Of a stretch of 64,000 bases of DNA, positions 25,931 to 34,874 are shown one piece after another. This DNA comes from an uncultured Flavipsychrobacter sp. (GTDB taxonomy: Bacteria; Bacteroidota; Bacteroidia; Chitinophagales; Chitinophagaceae). Both the position numbers and the translations under genes were made by a program. The notes below the pieces were generated by a model. That model ran no database searches and was not told the DNA's origin. It saw nothing but the letters and a program-made list of their open reading frames with translations. Each line of letters opens with the position of its first letter. Positions within the stretch are counted from its first letter, which is position 1. The stretch is from contig CAZRPA010000001.1 of the NCBI GenBank assembly GCA_964601855.1, positions 23,275 through 87,274 on the forward strand, given 5' to 3'.

Positions 25931-25979
25931 TCTGTCCGGTCATCTACTATCTCGTATCTTACTACACTGACCGGACAGA
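25931..25979 (-). terminator. 12-bp perfect inverted repeat downstream of icd
   Basis: TCTGTCCGGTCA (25931-25942) / TGACCGGACAGA (25968-25979) with a 25-nt loop, 41 nt beyond the icd stop. Confidence 0.4.
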
Positions 25980-26019
25980 CAAATACCATATGGTGTATAC
26001 TAAATTGTAGCAATACCAA

Positions 26020-27471
26020 TTATTGGCCTTGTGCTAATGAATATGCTCGTACACCATTGTACATCATTAGCCACTCTATAGAGCATAATTTGATGGTGGG
26101 TGCAATGCGCATGCAGAACTGTAATATTTCATCTGCAGTGAGTGATGGATAGCCGGGAACACGTTCTACTCTCACTCTATATTGATTGACGCACTCAGTA
26201 AGGTATGAGCCTTCAGGGTATACCTGAGTGCCTCTGTTACTTATCATTATCAATTCCATGCTATCTGCCAGTTTATCTTTGATACGATGAGCTATACCAG
26301 CAGGTTGTTCTGTACTCTCTATAAAAAGGTCAACTCCATTTACAAAAGTGTCTCCATTGTATGGAGTAACCATTGTTTTGAACTCGTTTGGTAAAGCTGG
26401 AGTTTCTATTGACGTGTCTTCAAGTATAGCTACAGTAGGTAATGAGGGTAGATTACTTATTAGCATTTCGGCAAACTGAGTTGTATTCAATTCTTGTTCT
26501 TTGCCAGCTCCAAAATCTTTAGTGTGGTAGCCCTGATTGAGGGTGGTGTGTAGTGCTTGTTCTATAGCATTAGCTGCCTGCTGAAAGCCCAGATGTCTGA
26601 GCATCATGCAGCTGCTGATAAGTAAGGCGGTGGGGTTGGCAATGTTTTTGCCAGCAATATCTGGAGCTGAGCCATGTACTGCCTCGAATATGCTGACATT
26701 ATCACCAATATTGGCAGATGGTGCGAAGCCTAATCCACCTACCAGCCCAGCACAAAGATCTGATAGGATATCGCCTTGCAGATTTGGCAATACTATTACA
26801 TCAAAGTCATTGGGTCTGGAAACCAGTTTCATTGCCAGATCGTCAACTATAATATCATTTGCTTGAATTTCGGGGTAGTCTTTAGCCACTTCATAAAACG
26901 CTTCGAGAAATAGACCATCAGTCAATTTCATAATGTTGGCCTTGTGTCCACAAGTTACTTTTTTAGCACCTTGTTTGCGAGCCATGTCGAAGGTGTATTT
27001 GTGTACTTGTAACGACCCTGGTCTGGTAATGAACCTGCGACATAGAGCAACATCATGCGTAAGCATGTGCTCAATGCCACCGTAGGTGTCTTCTATGTTT
27101 TCGCGAACCATGGTAATGTCGATAGGTATACCCGCTTTCGAAAAAACAGTATCCACACCATTCAATGATTTGAAAACTCTTTTATTGGCATAAGTACTCC
27201 ACATTTTACGTGCTGTTACGTTAATGCTTTTCATGCCTTTTCCCTTAGGTGTCTCCATAGGGCCCTTTAACAATATGCCCAGTTTTTCTATAGTTGCTTT
27301 CGCATCTGGTGTCATACCTGAAGAAAACCCTTTTTCGTACCAAGATTTTCCCATGTCTACGAAGTGATAAGATAATGGTACTCCTGTAGCATTGATGACA
27401 GAGAGTACAGCATCCATGATTTCAGGTCCTATTCCATCGCCTTTAGCTACAGCAATATTGATTTTGTTCAT
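26020..27471 (-). CDS. icd: isocitrate dehydrogenase (isocitrate/isopropylmalate dehydrogenase family, long form)
   Basis: ATG 27471 within ORF 26020-27621 (MNKINIAVAKGDGIGPEIM). KSINVTARK resembles the IDH substrate/phospho-Ser motif. NLQGDILSDL and GSAPDIAGKNIANP are also present. A ~130-aa C-terminal extension follows. Confidence 0.8.
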   Translation of the reverse strand: MNKINIAVAKGDGIGPEIMDAVLSVINATGVPLSYHFVDMGKSWYEKGFSSGMTPDAKATIEKLGILLKGPMETPKGKGMKSINVTARKMWSTYANKRVFKSLNGVDTVFSKAGIPIDITMVRENIEDTYGGIEHMLTHDVALCRRFITRPGSLQVHKYTFDMARKQGAKKVTCGHKANIMKLTDGLFLEAFYEVAKDYPEIQANDIIVDDLAMKLVSRPNDFDVIVLPNLQGDILSDLCAGLVGGLGFAPSANIGDNVSIFEAVHGSAPDIAGKNIANPTALLISSCMMLRHLGFQQAANAIEQALHTTLNQGYHTKDFGAGKEQELNTTQFAEMLISNLPSLPTVAILEDTSIETPALPNEFKTMVTPYNGDTFVNGVDLFIESTEQPAGIAHRIKDKLADSMELIMISNRGTQVYPEGSYLTECVNQYRVRVERVPGYPSLTADEILQFCMRIAPTIKLCSIEWLMMYNGVRAYSLAQGQ

Positions 27472-27650
27472 AAATGAGCCGTTTAGTTTTATATAAGTAT
27501 AACTACTTCGTAAAAGTACAAAGCTTCTTTGTTTGATAGTAAAGCTATTGTTTATGGTGTTATAGTTGTTGTCTATAATTGTATTATTAACAAGTGGGCT
27601 ACCGAAAATAAAGCGAATCAATTTGTATTGTGTAAATAAGCTGTAGTTTT

Positions 27651-28298
27651 ATGATGGATGCTATTTTGTACGAAGAGATGAAAAATAAGAAATACATTAT
27701 ACCGGCTTTATTGGGACTGATGGGAGGCATAGTTATATACAAGCTTATTGTAAAGTCGGCAATAAACCCTAACCCGAAATACTATATAGGTGAGCCAATA
27801 GATAGTTTTAATAATGTGATAGTGTATTATAACGGAATGGTGGGGCATAGTGGCGAGAGAAATGTAGCAGCAGATGGTTATAATATAGGTATGAAATATC
27901 AGTGTGTGGAGTTTGTGAAGAGATATTACTTTGAGAAACTACACCACAAGATGCCGGATAGTTATGGTAACGCGAAGGATTTTTTTGATAGGACGCTGCC
28001 TGATAGTGGGCAAAATGCAAAGAGAAATCTGATACAATATAAGAATGGTACTAATTATGCACCACAGCCTGAAGACTTGCTGATACTAGATGGGCATGCT
28101 GGAAATAAATACGGACATGTAGCCATAATAACCCATGTAACAGATACCAGCATAGCCATTATACAACAAAATCCTGGTCCGTTTGGGAAGAGCAGAGACA
28201 CATTAAAACTAATACAGACTCAAAGTAAGTGGTGTGTAAAACCCGATAGAGTGCTAGGGTGGCTAAGAAAAGATACTACCAATGTTGTGGCGCACTAG
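27651..28298 (+). CDS. CHAP-domain protein with N-terminal membrane anchor
   Basis: TM segment YIIPALLGLMGGIVIYKLIV. Catalytic-type Cys context YQCVEFVKRYY and His context YGHVAIITHV. Confidence 0.7.
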   Translation: MMDAILYEEMKNKKYIIPALLGLMGGIVIYKLIVKSAINPNPKYYIGEPIDSFNNVIVYYNGMVGHSGERNVAADGYNIGMKYQCVEFVKRYYFEKLHHKMPDSYGNAKDFFDRTLPDSGQNAKRNLIQYKNGTNYAPQPEDLLILDGHAGNKYGHVAIITHVTDTSIAIIQQNPGPFGKSRDTLKLIQTQSKWCVKPDRVLGWLRKDTTNVVAH

Positions 28299-28310
28299 AG
28301 TAAGTACTAG

Positions 28311-28904
28311 TTAATTTAATGGGATGTAATCAGCAACAAATGCAGCATACCTACTGCCACTTATAACCCACGTAGCTTCATAGCGGTTTGAATCTGAGCC
28401 ACCTTGTAGGTAGATATAATACCTTAATTTGTCTTTGCTTTCAAATGCTTTGTAGTGGGGAGAATAGATTTTTTCGTGCTTATTTTCTGGTATTGCTGGG
28501 CAAGGATACAGATGGTCAATACCCATAAGCGTATGTTCGGGTATTCTTACCCAAAGGTGGCTTTTGATAACGAGAAAAATAGAATCCAGTATTTTATTTT
28601 GAGAATTAAGTTTGAAATGTAGGTTGATTTCAGAACTACCTTTACCCCAATATTTATAAAAAGATACGCCTGATTCAGAGCAATTGCCGATAGGGATTTC
28701 TGTTAGTTGTGCACCATTGAGCGAATTCTGTAAGATATATTTACCTGTTGTAGTAAAGGTGGCTAACTCTTGTTGTATAACAGTGTCCTCGATTTGAGAG
28801 AAGGATATTTTGCTACTAGTGAAGCCATGTGACTGCTGTGCAATAACATAGGTTGTATTGCTTTGAAACAGAATAGTGAATATGAGATACAGCATAGCAC
28901 GCAT
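28311..28904 (-). CDS. hypothetical exported protein
   Basis: 197 aa with the signal peptide MRAMLYLIFTILFQSNTTYVIAQ. Confidence 0.5.
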   Translation of the reverse strand: MRAMLYLIFTILFQSNTTYVIAQQSHGFTSSKISFSQIEDTVIQQELATFTTTGKYILQNSLNGAQLTEIPIGNCSESGVSFYKYWGKGSSEINLHFKLNSQNKILDSIFLVIKSHLWVRIPEHTLMGIDHLYPCPAIPENKHEKIYSPHYKAFESKDKLRYYIYLQGGSDSNRYEATWVISGSRYAAFVADYIPLN

Positions 28905-29004
28905 TATGTAAATATAGGAGAATTTAATGTATTATGCTGTGTTAATGGGTAGTATGCATCAGATACTGGTGTAGGGGATGAGTATGCGAGCTGATGTATA
29001 TCTG

Positions 29005-29046
29005 TAAAAAATGCCACAACCTACCTCTGTAGGCAGTTGTGGCATT
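29005..29046 (-). terminator. rho-independent terminator downstream of the DUF4288 gene
   Basis: 11-bp perfect stem AATGCCACAAC (29010-29020) / GTTGTGGCATT (29036-29046) with an inner CTAC/GTAG pairing. On the minus strand it is followed by a T-run (A-run 29006-29010 on plus). Confidence 0.7.
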
Positions 29047-29119
29047 ATGGAGATAATGGTAAATGGTAATGTGGTGGGGCCTCTGGGGGCTGTGTAGTGA
29101 TTAGGGTGCTTCTGGTGTG

Positions 29120-29416
29120 TTAGGCTGCCCATATGGGGGCAGGTACCAGTTCTGCTTCGCGAACCATAGAGAATAATAATCCTCCATTTACAAGTTCTAC
29201 GGGTTGCAGGTCTTTAACTGCCAGCATGCGCCAATATATGGTACGCCCGTGGCGGTCTATAAATGTTGTTTCTTCGGTTTGTCCGGCTTTGCGAGCTTCG
29301 GAGAGTGCATGTTGCTCATCGTTTCCAAATACAAGCCTCCATTGTTCTTCATATTGGTCAGTATGTTGGCCGTCGCACTCTATTCTATATATTATTTGAG
29401 CTGTGTACGATTTCAT
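29120..29416 (-). CDS. DUF4288 domain protein
   Basis: 98 aa. YTAQIIYRIECDG....QYEEQWRLV...DEQHALSEARKAG matches my recollection of the DUF4288 pattern. Confidence 0.65.
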   Translation of the reverse strand: MKSYTAQIIYRIECDGQHTDQYEEQWRLVFGNDEQHALSEARKAGQTEETTFIDRHGRTIYWRMLAVKDLQPVELVNGGLLFSMVREAELVPAPIWAA

Positions 29417-29460
29417 ATATTGTCGTTGATAGTTGTGTGAGTATGAATATTGTTTTGTGA

Positions 29461-30210
29461 TTAGTAAGATTTTATTTCGATGCCACCGAAAGTGCAGTTT
29501 CCCTGTAGTATCAGTTTTTTGCGTATTTCGCCACTTTGCGATACATGTATTACTCGTTCATCTTCTACAGCTCCCATTACTGGTTTGATGTCATTTTGTA
29601 CATCCCAGTGCGAAGGAACTATTAGCTCTACGCCTCCAAAAACAACATTACAGTCGAGGGTTATGGTTTCATCCAGAAAGTCGGCTTGGGTGAGGTTGAT
29701 GTCGCATCCACCAAATGTTACAGAAATCGTGCCACCTTTGAAATCTTTAGCTGTTATTATTTCTTTTCTTCCGCCGAAAATGACTTCCAGATTCATGCGG
29801 CTATCTTGGGTGAAGTGGGAATTGATGACTGTTTTACCGTAGCAGGGTTTGCGATTTCGGCGAGGGCGAAAGGCAATCATTATGCCTATGATGATCACTA
29901 ATGCAGGCCACACAAACTGTTTAGATGATTTGCCCATTATCTGAAACTGTGGTATCAGGTAAACTGCACCTATAGTGATAAGTATCCACCAAGAGTTGTT
30001 GCGAAAGCCATTCTTGAGACCAGATAAGACTCCGATTATGATGAGTATTATGGGCCACGATAAGTGAAAGCTGAAGGTAATGAGGCCTAGAGTTTTGAGC
30101 ATTAATCCTATACCTAAAATAACTACACCTATACCAAACAATACTCTGTTTGTGGCATTAGGTCCTCGGGGATTGTCGCCATTATACTGATTTAAACTAT
30201 TGTTACTCAT
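29461..30210 (-). CDS. LiaF-like / cell wall-active antibiotics response protein (DUF2154-type)
   Basis: Four N-terminal TM segments. The C-terminal beta-rich repeats FGG..EI, FGGCDINL and FGGVELIVP are typical of the LiaF C-terminal domain. Confidence 0.65.
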   Translation of the reverse strand: MSNNSLNQYNGDNPRGPNATNRVLFGIGVVILGIGLMLKTLGLITFSFHLSWPIILIIIGVLSGLKNGFRNNSWWILITIGAVYLIPQFQIMGKSSKQFVWPALVIIIGIMIAFRPRRNRKPCYGKTVINSHFTQDSRMNLEVIFGGRKEIITAKDFKGGTISVTFGGCDINLTQADFLDETITLDCNVVFGGVELIVPSHWDVQNDIKPVMGAVEDERVIHVSQSGEIRKKLILQGNCTFGGIEIKSY

Positions 30211-30336
30211 TTATTTGGGGTATTATGAGTACAAATGTAGTTCTATGCGCTACTGTGCAGAAGTGCTAATAGGCGAAAAAATGTATAGTAGCGGTAAATG
30301 TGGGGTAATAGTCGGTGAATGAGTGAAGGGTAGGGA

Positions 30337-30867
30337 TTATAAATCTAGCAGTTTGTTGACGGTAGCCCAATTTCTGGTTGTGGCTTGCATTCCTAGTTTC
30401 TTTTCTATAAATGTATTGGAGAAACAAGTTTTACCGTAGTTGGGGCTATATACGTATACTTCTTTGTGTACAATACGTGCATATTCAGCATCGTTGGAGT
30501 ACACACCCATTATTCCTTGAGCATCCATAGCGGGTACTTCTGCGAGGAAGGTAACGTAAAGTCTGTTTTTTTCTTCTGTTTTTATGGTGTCGAAAGGCAT
30601 ATTGCGCACTACATTTTGTAGTTCGCGTATCATACGTATAATAGCTACTACTTTATATCCCAGTTTCTGCTCCAGTTGTTTTTCTATACGTTTTCGCAGT
30701 ATGTCTTCGTCTACCTCGTCTGATGTGAATAGTACATTCCCGCTTTGTATATAGGTGGCTACGTCTGTAATGCCTGGCATTTCCATGTAAGAGCGGAGGT
30801 CTTCCATCTTAATGAGTTTTTGCCCACTAACATTGATGCCTCTGAGAAATGCTACGTACCTGGTCAT
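30337..30867 (-). CDS. DUF1697 domain protein
   Basis: MTRYVAFLRGINVSGQKLIKMEDLR and TTRNWATV are DUF1697 hallmarks. Confidence 0.8.
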   Translation of the reverse strand: MTRYVAFLRGINVSGQKLIKMEDLRSYMEMPGITDVATYIQSGNVLFTSDEVDEDILRKRIEKQLEQKLGYKVVAIIRMIRELQNVVRNMPFDTIKTEEKNRLYVTFLAEVPAMDAQGIMGVYSNDAEYARIVHKEVYVYSPNYGKTCFSNTFIEKKLGMQATTRNWATVNKLLDL

Positions 30868-30995
30868 GATTGCTGCCTGTATTTGTGAAAGTTATGATTG
30901 ATTCAAAAGTAGCAAAATTACCCGAATGGGGTAGTGGATTTTTACTGTATCATTTGTTACTTATATGTTGTAGTGTAGGTTTATTAGAAAAATAA

Positions 30996-31904
30996 TTATT
31001 GCACTGGTTTTACTGTATATCCTTGTGCCTGCAATAGGGCAATAACACCATTTGGGCCAGGGAGGTGACCGGCACCTACTGCAAAAAACACTGATGAGCG
31101 ATGCATCATTGCTGGCATTTTGCGTATCCATATTTTGTTGCGGTCATCGAGCAGTGGGGCTGTGGCATCGCCTAGTTCTGGCGAATTGGTTATCATGTTG
31201 TGTAGTGCTGATAAATCTTGGTTTTTATAGGCATCTACCATTTTTGCATATTCCTTGCGAGTGTTGGTTTTGTTGTGTATCATATCCATTACCTCTTTTA
31301 CCACACTATCGGTAGGTAGGTTTTCAAGAACGCTTAGCTGTTCTTCGGCTGTTTCCAGACCTATTATTTCTTTTCTGCTGGCTTTTACAGCTTCCATCAT
31401 TTTTTCTTCGTAAGATATTGGTTTGTCGCATATAGTAGCTCCACGGGTTGACATTAGTGTTTGGAGGGCTATAGGTTTCATTAATTCCAGATATTGTATG
31501 TCCATGTCCATACTATCTTTCATGTATTTTTTCAATTGGGCATACTGCGACGGGGTGAAGTAGCTGGATAATTTTTTGCCAGTTCTGTCCATTAGCCCAG
31601 CCGATGCTGTCATTAATAGATTGGCATCGTCCATGTCCATTTCCAAACACAGCTTATCAGTAGCTTCTAGCGAGCTTCTCATGGCGGGTGTCCAGAGATA
31701 GTCGGATGGGCAAATGAGGTGTATGGTGCCGAAGAGGTAAGAAGGACGGTCGAGATCCTTGCCACTTATCTGCCAGAGTAGCGAGTTTTGGGCATTGGCT
31801 GCTTTAGGGAAAAAAGTAAATCCTGAAATGAATACCACAAAACCCATGAGAATGCGGGCAATGGACTTGAAAGGCGATAGGAGGGTACTGCTTATATTGT
31901 TCAT
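30996..31904 (-). CDS. TraB/GumN family protein
   Basis: Signal/TM segment, then LLWQISGKDLDRPSYLFGTIHL and FFAVGAGHLPG, which are GumN motifs. Confidence 0.8.
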   Translation of the reverse strand: MNNISSTLLSPFKSIARILMGFVVFISGFTFFPKAANAQNSLLWQISGKDLDRPSYLFGTIHLICPSDYLWTPAMRSSLEATDKLCLEMDMDDANLLMTASAGLMDRTGKKLSSYFTPSQYAQLKKYMKDSMDMDIQYLELMKPIALQTLMSTRGATICDKPISYEEKMMEAVKASRKEIIGLETAEEQLSVLENLPTDSVVKEVMDMIHNKTNTRKEYAKMVDAYKNQDLSALHNMITNSPELGDATAPLLDDRNKIWIRKMPAMMHRSSVFFAVGAGHLPGPNGVIALLQAQGYTVKPVQ

Positions 31905-31955
31905 TGTATAGTTATGTTTGGTTATAGAGCGTCAAATGTTGTGCCTTGAGTATGT

Positions 31956-31996
31956 GCGTCTATAATACCTGCCTTGCTGGCAGGTATTATAGACGC
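31956..31996 (-). terminator. 18-bp perfect hairpin downstream of the transglutaminase gene
   Basis: GCGTCTATAATACCTGCC (31956-31973), loop TTGCT, GGCAGGTATTATAGACGC (31979-31996). It lies 15 nt beyond the stop at 32011. No U-tract on either strand. Confidence 0.5.
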
Positions 31997-32010
31997 TGGA
32001 GGTCTTTATG

Positions 32011-34632
32011 TCATTGATCGGTACTTTCTTGCTCGGGCATTACAAAAAATGACGCACAACGAACGGGATTAATAAATCCTATAAAACGAGTGCTAAACTT
32101 GATGCGGCTACGCACAGCTTTAATAAACGGAAAAAGGAATGTATTTACTTTTTCTTGTTCTGAGGCTGTGAGTGGCTGGTTGGCGTATTTTTTCTTCAGG
32201 TATATATTCATAAATCCTGAGAGTGAAGTGCCCAGTTGAGGGTCTACCAATGTGCGGGCATACTGCATGGGGGTGAGTGTGCCCCGCCATATACCACACA
32301 TATGCAGGTAATATGTAGCTGCCCTGAACGCCCAATAGGGTTTGCTACCAGCGGCAGGAGCATTGCGGAAGCGCAGCAGGTAATAGCGCAGCACAATACC
32401 AGGTAGTAATGCCAGTAGCAGCAATATACCTGCTATGGTGATAGCAGTGGTCCATAGCATGGTGCTGAGTGGTATAGGTTTGTCTATATCAGGTACTGGT
32501 GGTTTCTCTTTAGGAGCAGCTAGGTCTTTACGTTTCAGGTACAGTTCATCGGCAGGTATGGCAGCAGGAAATCTTTTGGTGAGTGCCTCAGCAGATTCGC
32601 CAGGTGCCGCAACTAGTTTTTTCATTGTTTCGGAGTAGGATACCACAGTGCCATCATCGCCCTTTTGCACAGAGGAGAGGGGGATGGCTATACTGTCGCG
32701 ATAGATAACCGCTACTTTCATGTCCATGGTAAGGGTTATGGGTTGGGCAGGTTTGTAGTCTTTGTCTTGGAATACGAATTGTTTTACAGCCATTTGCATA
32801 GCTTTTTTAAGGGTGTCTACATCTACTATCACCCCTTCTGCAGCCAGCCATGCTTTGGGTGGTTGCATAGGCGGTGTGCCATCGGGTTGAGGGGTTGATC
32901 TGTTTTCTTCGTCGTTGCCTACGGTGGTGTCGAAATCAAGCCAGCCATAACCTGGGAAGTATACTTGTACCCAAGCATGTGCTTGATTGGCATAATACCA
33001 ATACCAACCTTTGTTTTTATCGCTACGCTCCTCGGTGAGGAAGCCTACAGCTATGCGCGATGGTATGCCTAGCGAGCGCAACATAAACAGGGTGGCACCG
33101 GCATAATAGGCGCAGTAACCCTTATGCGACTCGTTGAGGAAGTACATGAGTTTAGATGCATTGGGCAGGTCGGGGATGCCGGGGTTGTCGGTATATTGAT
33201 ATAGTCGCTTGCCGTGTTCATCTTTAGACAGGAAGTAATTTCTTATAGCTAGTACTTTGTCTACTGGGGTGTTAGCTGTGTCGGTAATACTATGAGCGAG
33301 GTCGCTGATGTTGCCAAATTTAGAATTGGCAGGCATGTAGGTGTAGTATTTCATGAACTTTTGATCCATGCCTTCATAACTGTTGACCTCTCGTAATACC
33401 TCAAAGCGCATTTCCTGAAACTTGCGTACCTCAGGGTTGGTAGTGTTGTATATGAAGTATGCACTGTTGAGTGCAGATACATAACTTTTTGCTCTGAAAG
33501 CAGATTTGAACTGATCTCTGAAGTCTTTTTCTATAGTTATGGGTTGTACAAAGTAGCCCACATTAGGGGCAAGGTAGGTAGATGCTGATAGCGATTTGCA
33601 GTATATTTCTACCTCTACAGTTTGTCTCAGTTTTTCGCCCAGACTATTTTTTATCACTGACGAGTCTGACCGGGTATTGAATAGGGGTATTTTAGATGGG
33701 TCGGGTTCGAAGAGGTCGTTGAATGGAATAGTGGAATCTCGCTCAAAGGTTTCGGTGAGTGTATCGAACTTAGTGAAGTAGAAGGCGGTAAGGTAAAGTG
33801 GGTTAGGTATGTCGGTATTAGGGAAGAAGTTGTCTATATGTGCACAAAAAAGCAGTTCATTGCTTCTGCCCAATGCACCACTCAGTTTGGAGTAGTCTTT
33901 GAGGTCGAAGGAGTTATCCTTGTTTTTGTTGAGCATACTGTTTTTTCCTTCTTTTCCTTTGCCACCATAGTTGTCGATGGTGGCTTTTATATCTGCTCTG
34001 CGCCAGTATATGATAGACCCTAATAGTAGTATGGCTAGTATAAGAAATAGCGATAACCGGCGTATGAGAAACCACCAAAACTTGGCCGATTTGTCTTTGT
34101 AATTGTATATCTGTTCGGCAGTAAATATGAGGTATATGCTATAAAGCAATGCTGGTGAAAAGGAAAGGAGTAAACCGCGCACTGTATCTACATTGCCCTT
34201 GGCTATAACCAGTACACAGCCGCTAAGTGTAGCCGCCGATATAAATACCGACCAATACCTCATGCGCAAAAAGCCCCAACCAGCTAACCAGCCACTACCT
34301 ATAAGTATGGCAGCTACCTGAAACTGCCGTGCAATAAAAAAAGCATCAAACTCACCACTTTCATACTGGTCTAGCCCCTGATACAGACCATACATGCCAG
34401 CTAGGAGCAGTAGAAAAGTAGGTAAAAATCTGAACCTAAATGAATAAAAAAGCATGGATACTCCCATGCCAGCAGCGAAACATAGGGATTGCAGCAGTGC
34501 CTGATTGCGTAATATTGAGTAATACTCATTGACCCTAAGCAGCAAGAAGAAACTAAGTATTGCTGTGGGCAATGCAAGAAAAATAAGTTTTGCCAAAAAC
34601 TCATTGACAGGTGCTGCACGCTCTATTCTCAT
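32011..34632 (-). CDS. transglutaminase-domain membrane protein (TgpA-like)
   Basis: 873 aa. ~6 N-terminal TM segments, a Cys-His-Asp core (GYCAYYAGATLFMLRSLGIPSRIAVGF...HAWVQVYFPGYGWLDFDTT) and a C-terminal TM segment. Confidence 0.85.
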   Translation of the reverse strand: MRIERAAPVNEFLAKLIFLALPTAILSFFLLLRVNEYYSILRNQALLQSLCFAAGMGVSMLFYSFRFRFLPTFLLLLAGMYGLYQGLDQYESGEFDAFFIARQFQVAAILIGSGWLAGWGFLRMRYWSVFISAATLSGCVLVIAKGNVDTVRGLLLSFSPALLYSIYLIFTAEQIYNYKDKSAKFWWFLIRRLSLFLILAILLLGSIIYWRRADIKATIDNYGGKGKEGKNSMLNKNKDNSFDLKDYSKLSGALGRSNELLFCAHIDNFFPNTDIPNPLYLTAFYFTKFDTLTETFERDSTIPFNDLFEPDPSKIPLFNTRSDSSVIKNSLGEKLRQTVEVEIYCKSLSASTYLAPNVGYFVQPITIEKDFRDQFKSAFRAKSYVSALNSAYFIYNTTNPEVRKFQEMRFEVLREVNSYEGMDQKFMKYYTYMPANSKFGNISDLAHSITDTANTPVDKVLAIRNYFLSKDEHGKRLYQYTDNPGIPDLPNASKLMYFLNESHKGYCAYYAGATLFMLRSLGIPSRIAVGFLTEERSDKNKGWYWYYANQAHAWVQVYFPGYGWLDFDTTVGNDEENRSTPQPDGTPPMQPPKAWLAAEGVIVDVDTLKKAMQMAVKQFVFQDKDYKPAQPITLTMDMKVAVIYRDSIAIPLSSVQKGDDGTVVSYSETMKKLVAAPGESAEALTKRFPAAIPADELYLKRKDLAAPKEKPPVPDIDKPIPLSTMLWTTAITIAGILLLLALLPGIVLRYYLLRFRNAPAAGSKPYWAFRAATYYLHMCGIWRGTLTPMQYARTLVDPQLGTSLSGFMNIYLKKKYANQPLTASEQEKVNTFLFPFIKAVRSRIKFSTRFIGFINPVRCASFFVMPEQESTDQ

Positions 34633-34874
34633 AATTCATTTTCTGACATAAATGTAGCGCAAAAATTGTGAGGCGTATTGTTAAAATACATTTTGTTACA
34701 TGGCTATTGCGTATGTAGGTTGGCGATTTTTGGACATCAGTTTAAGTGATATTGTGTATAATGTTTGTGTTTTATAACATACAGTTTGAAGGTGCACAAA
34801 AGAAATGGTTTATATTTTATGTTAGAGTCGTGTTGTATTGAGTTCATAGCACTACTTTTATACTACATATTCCT

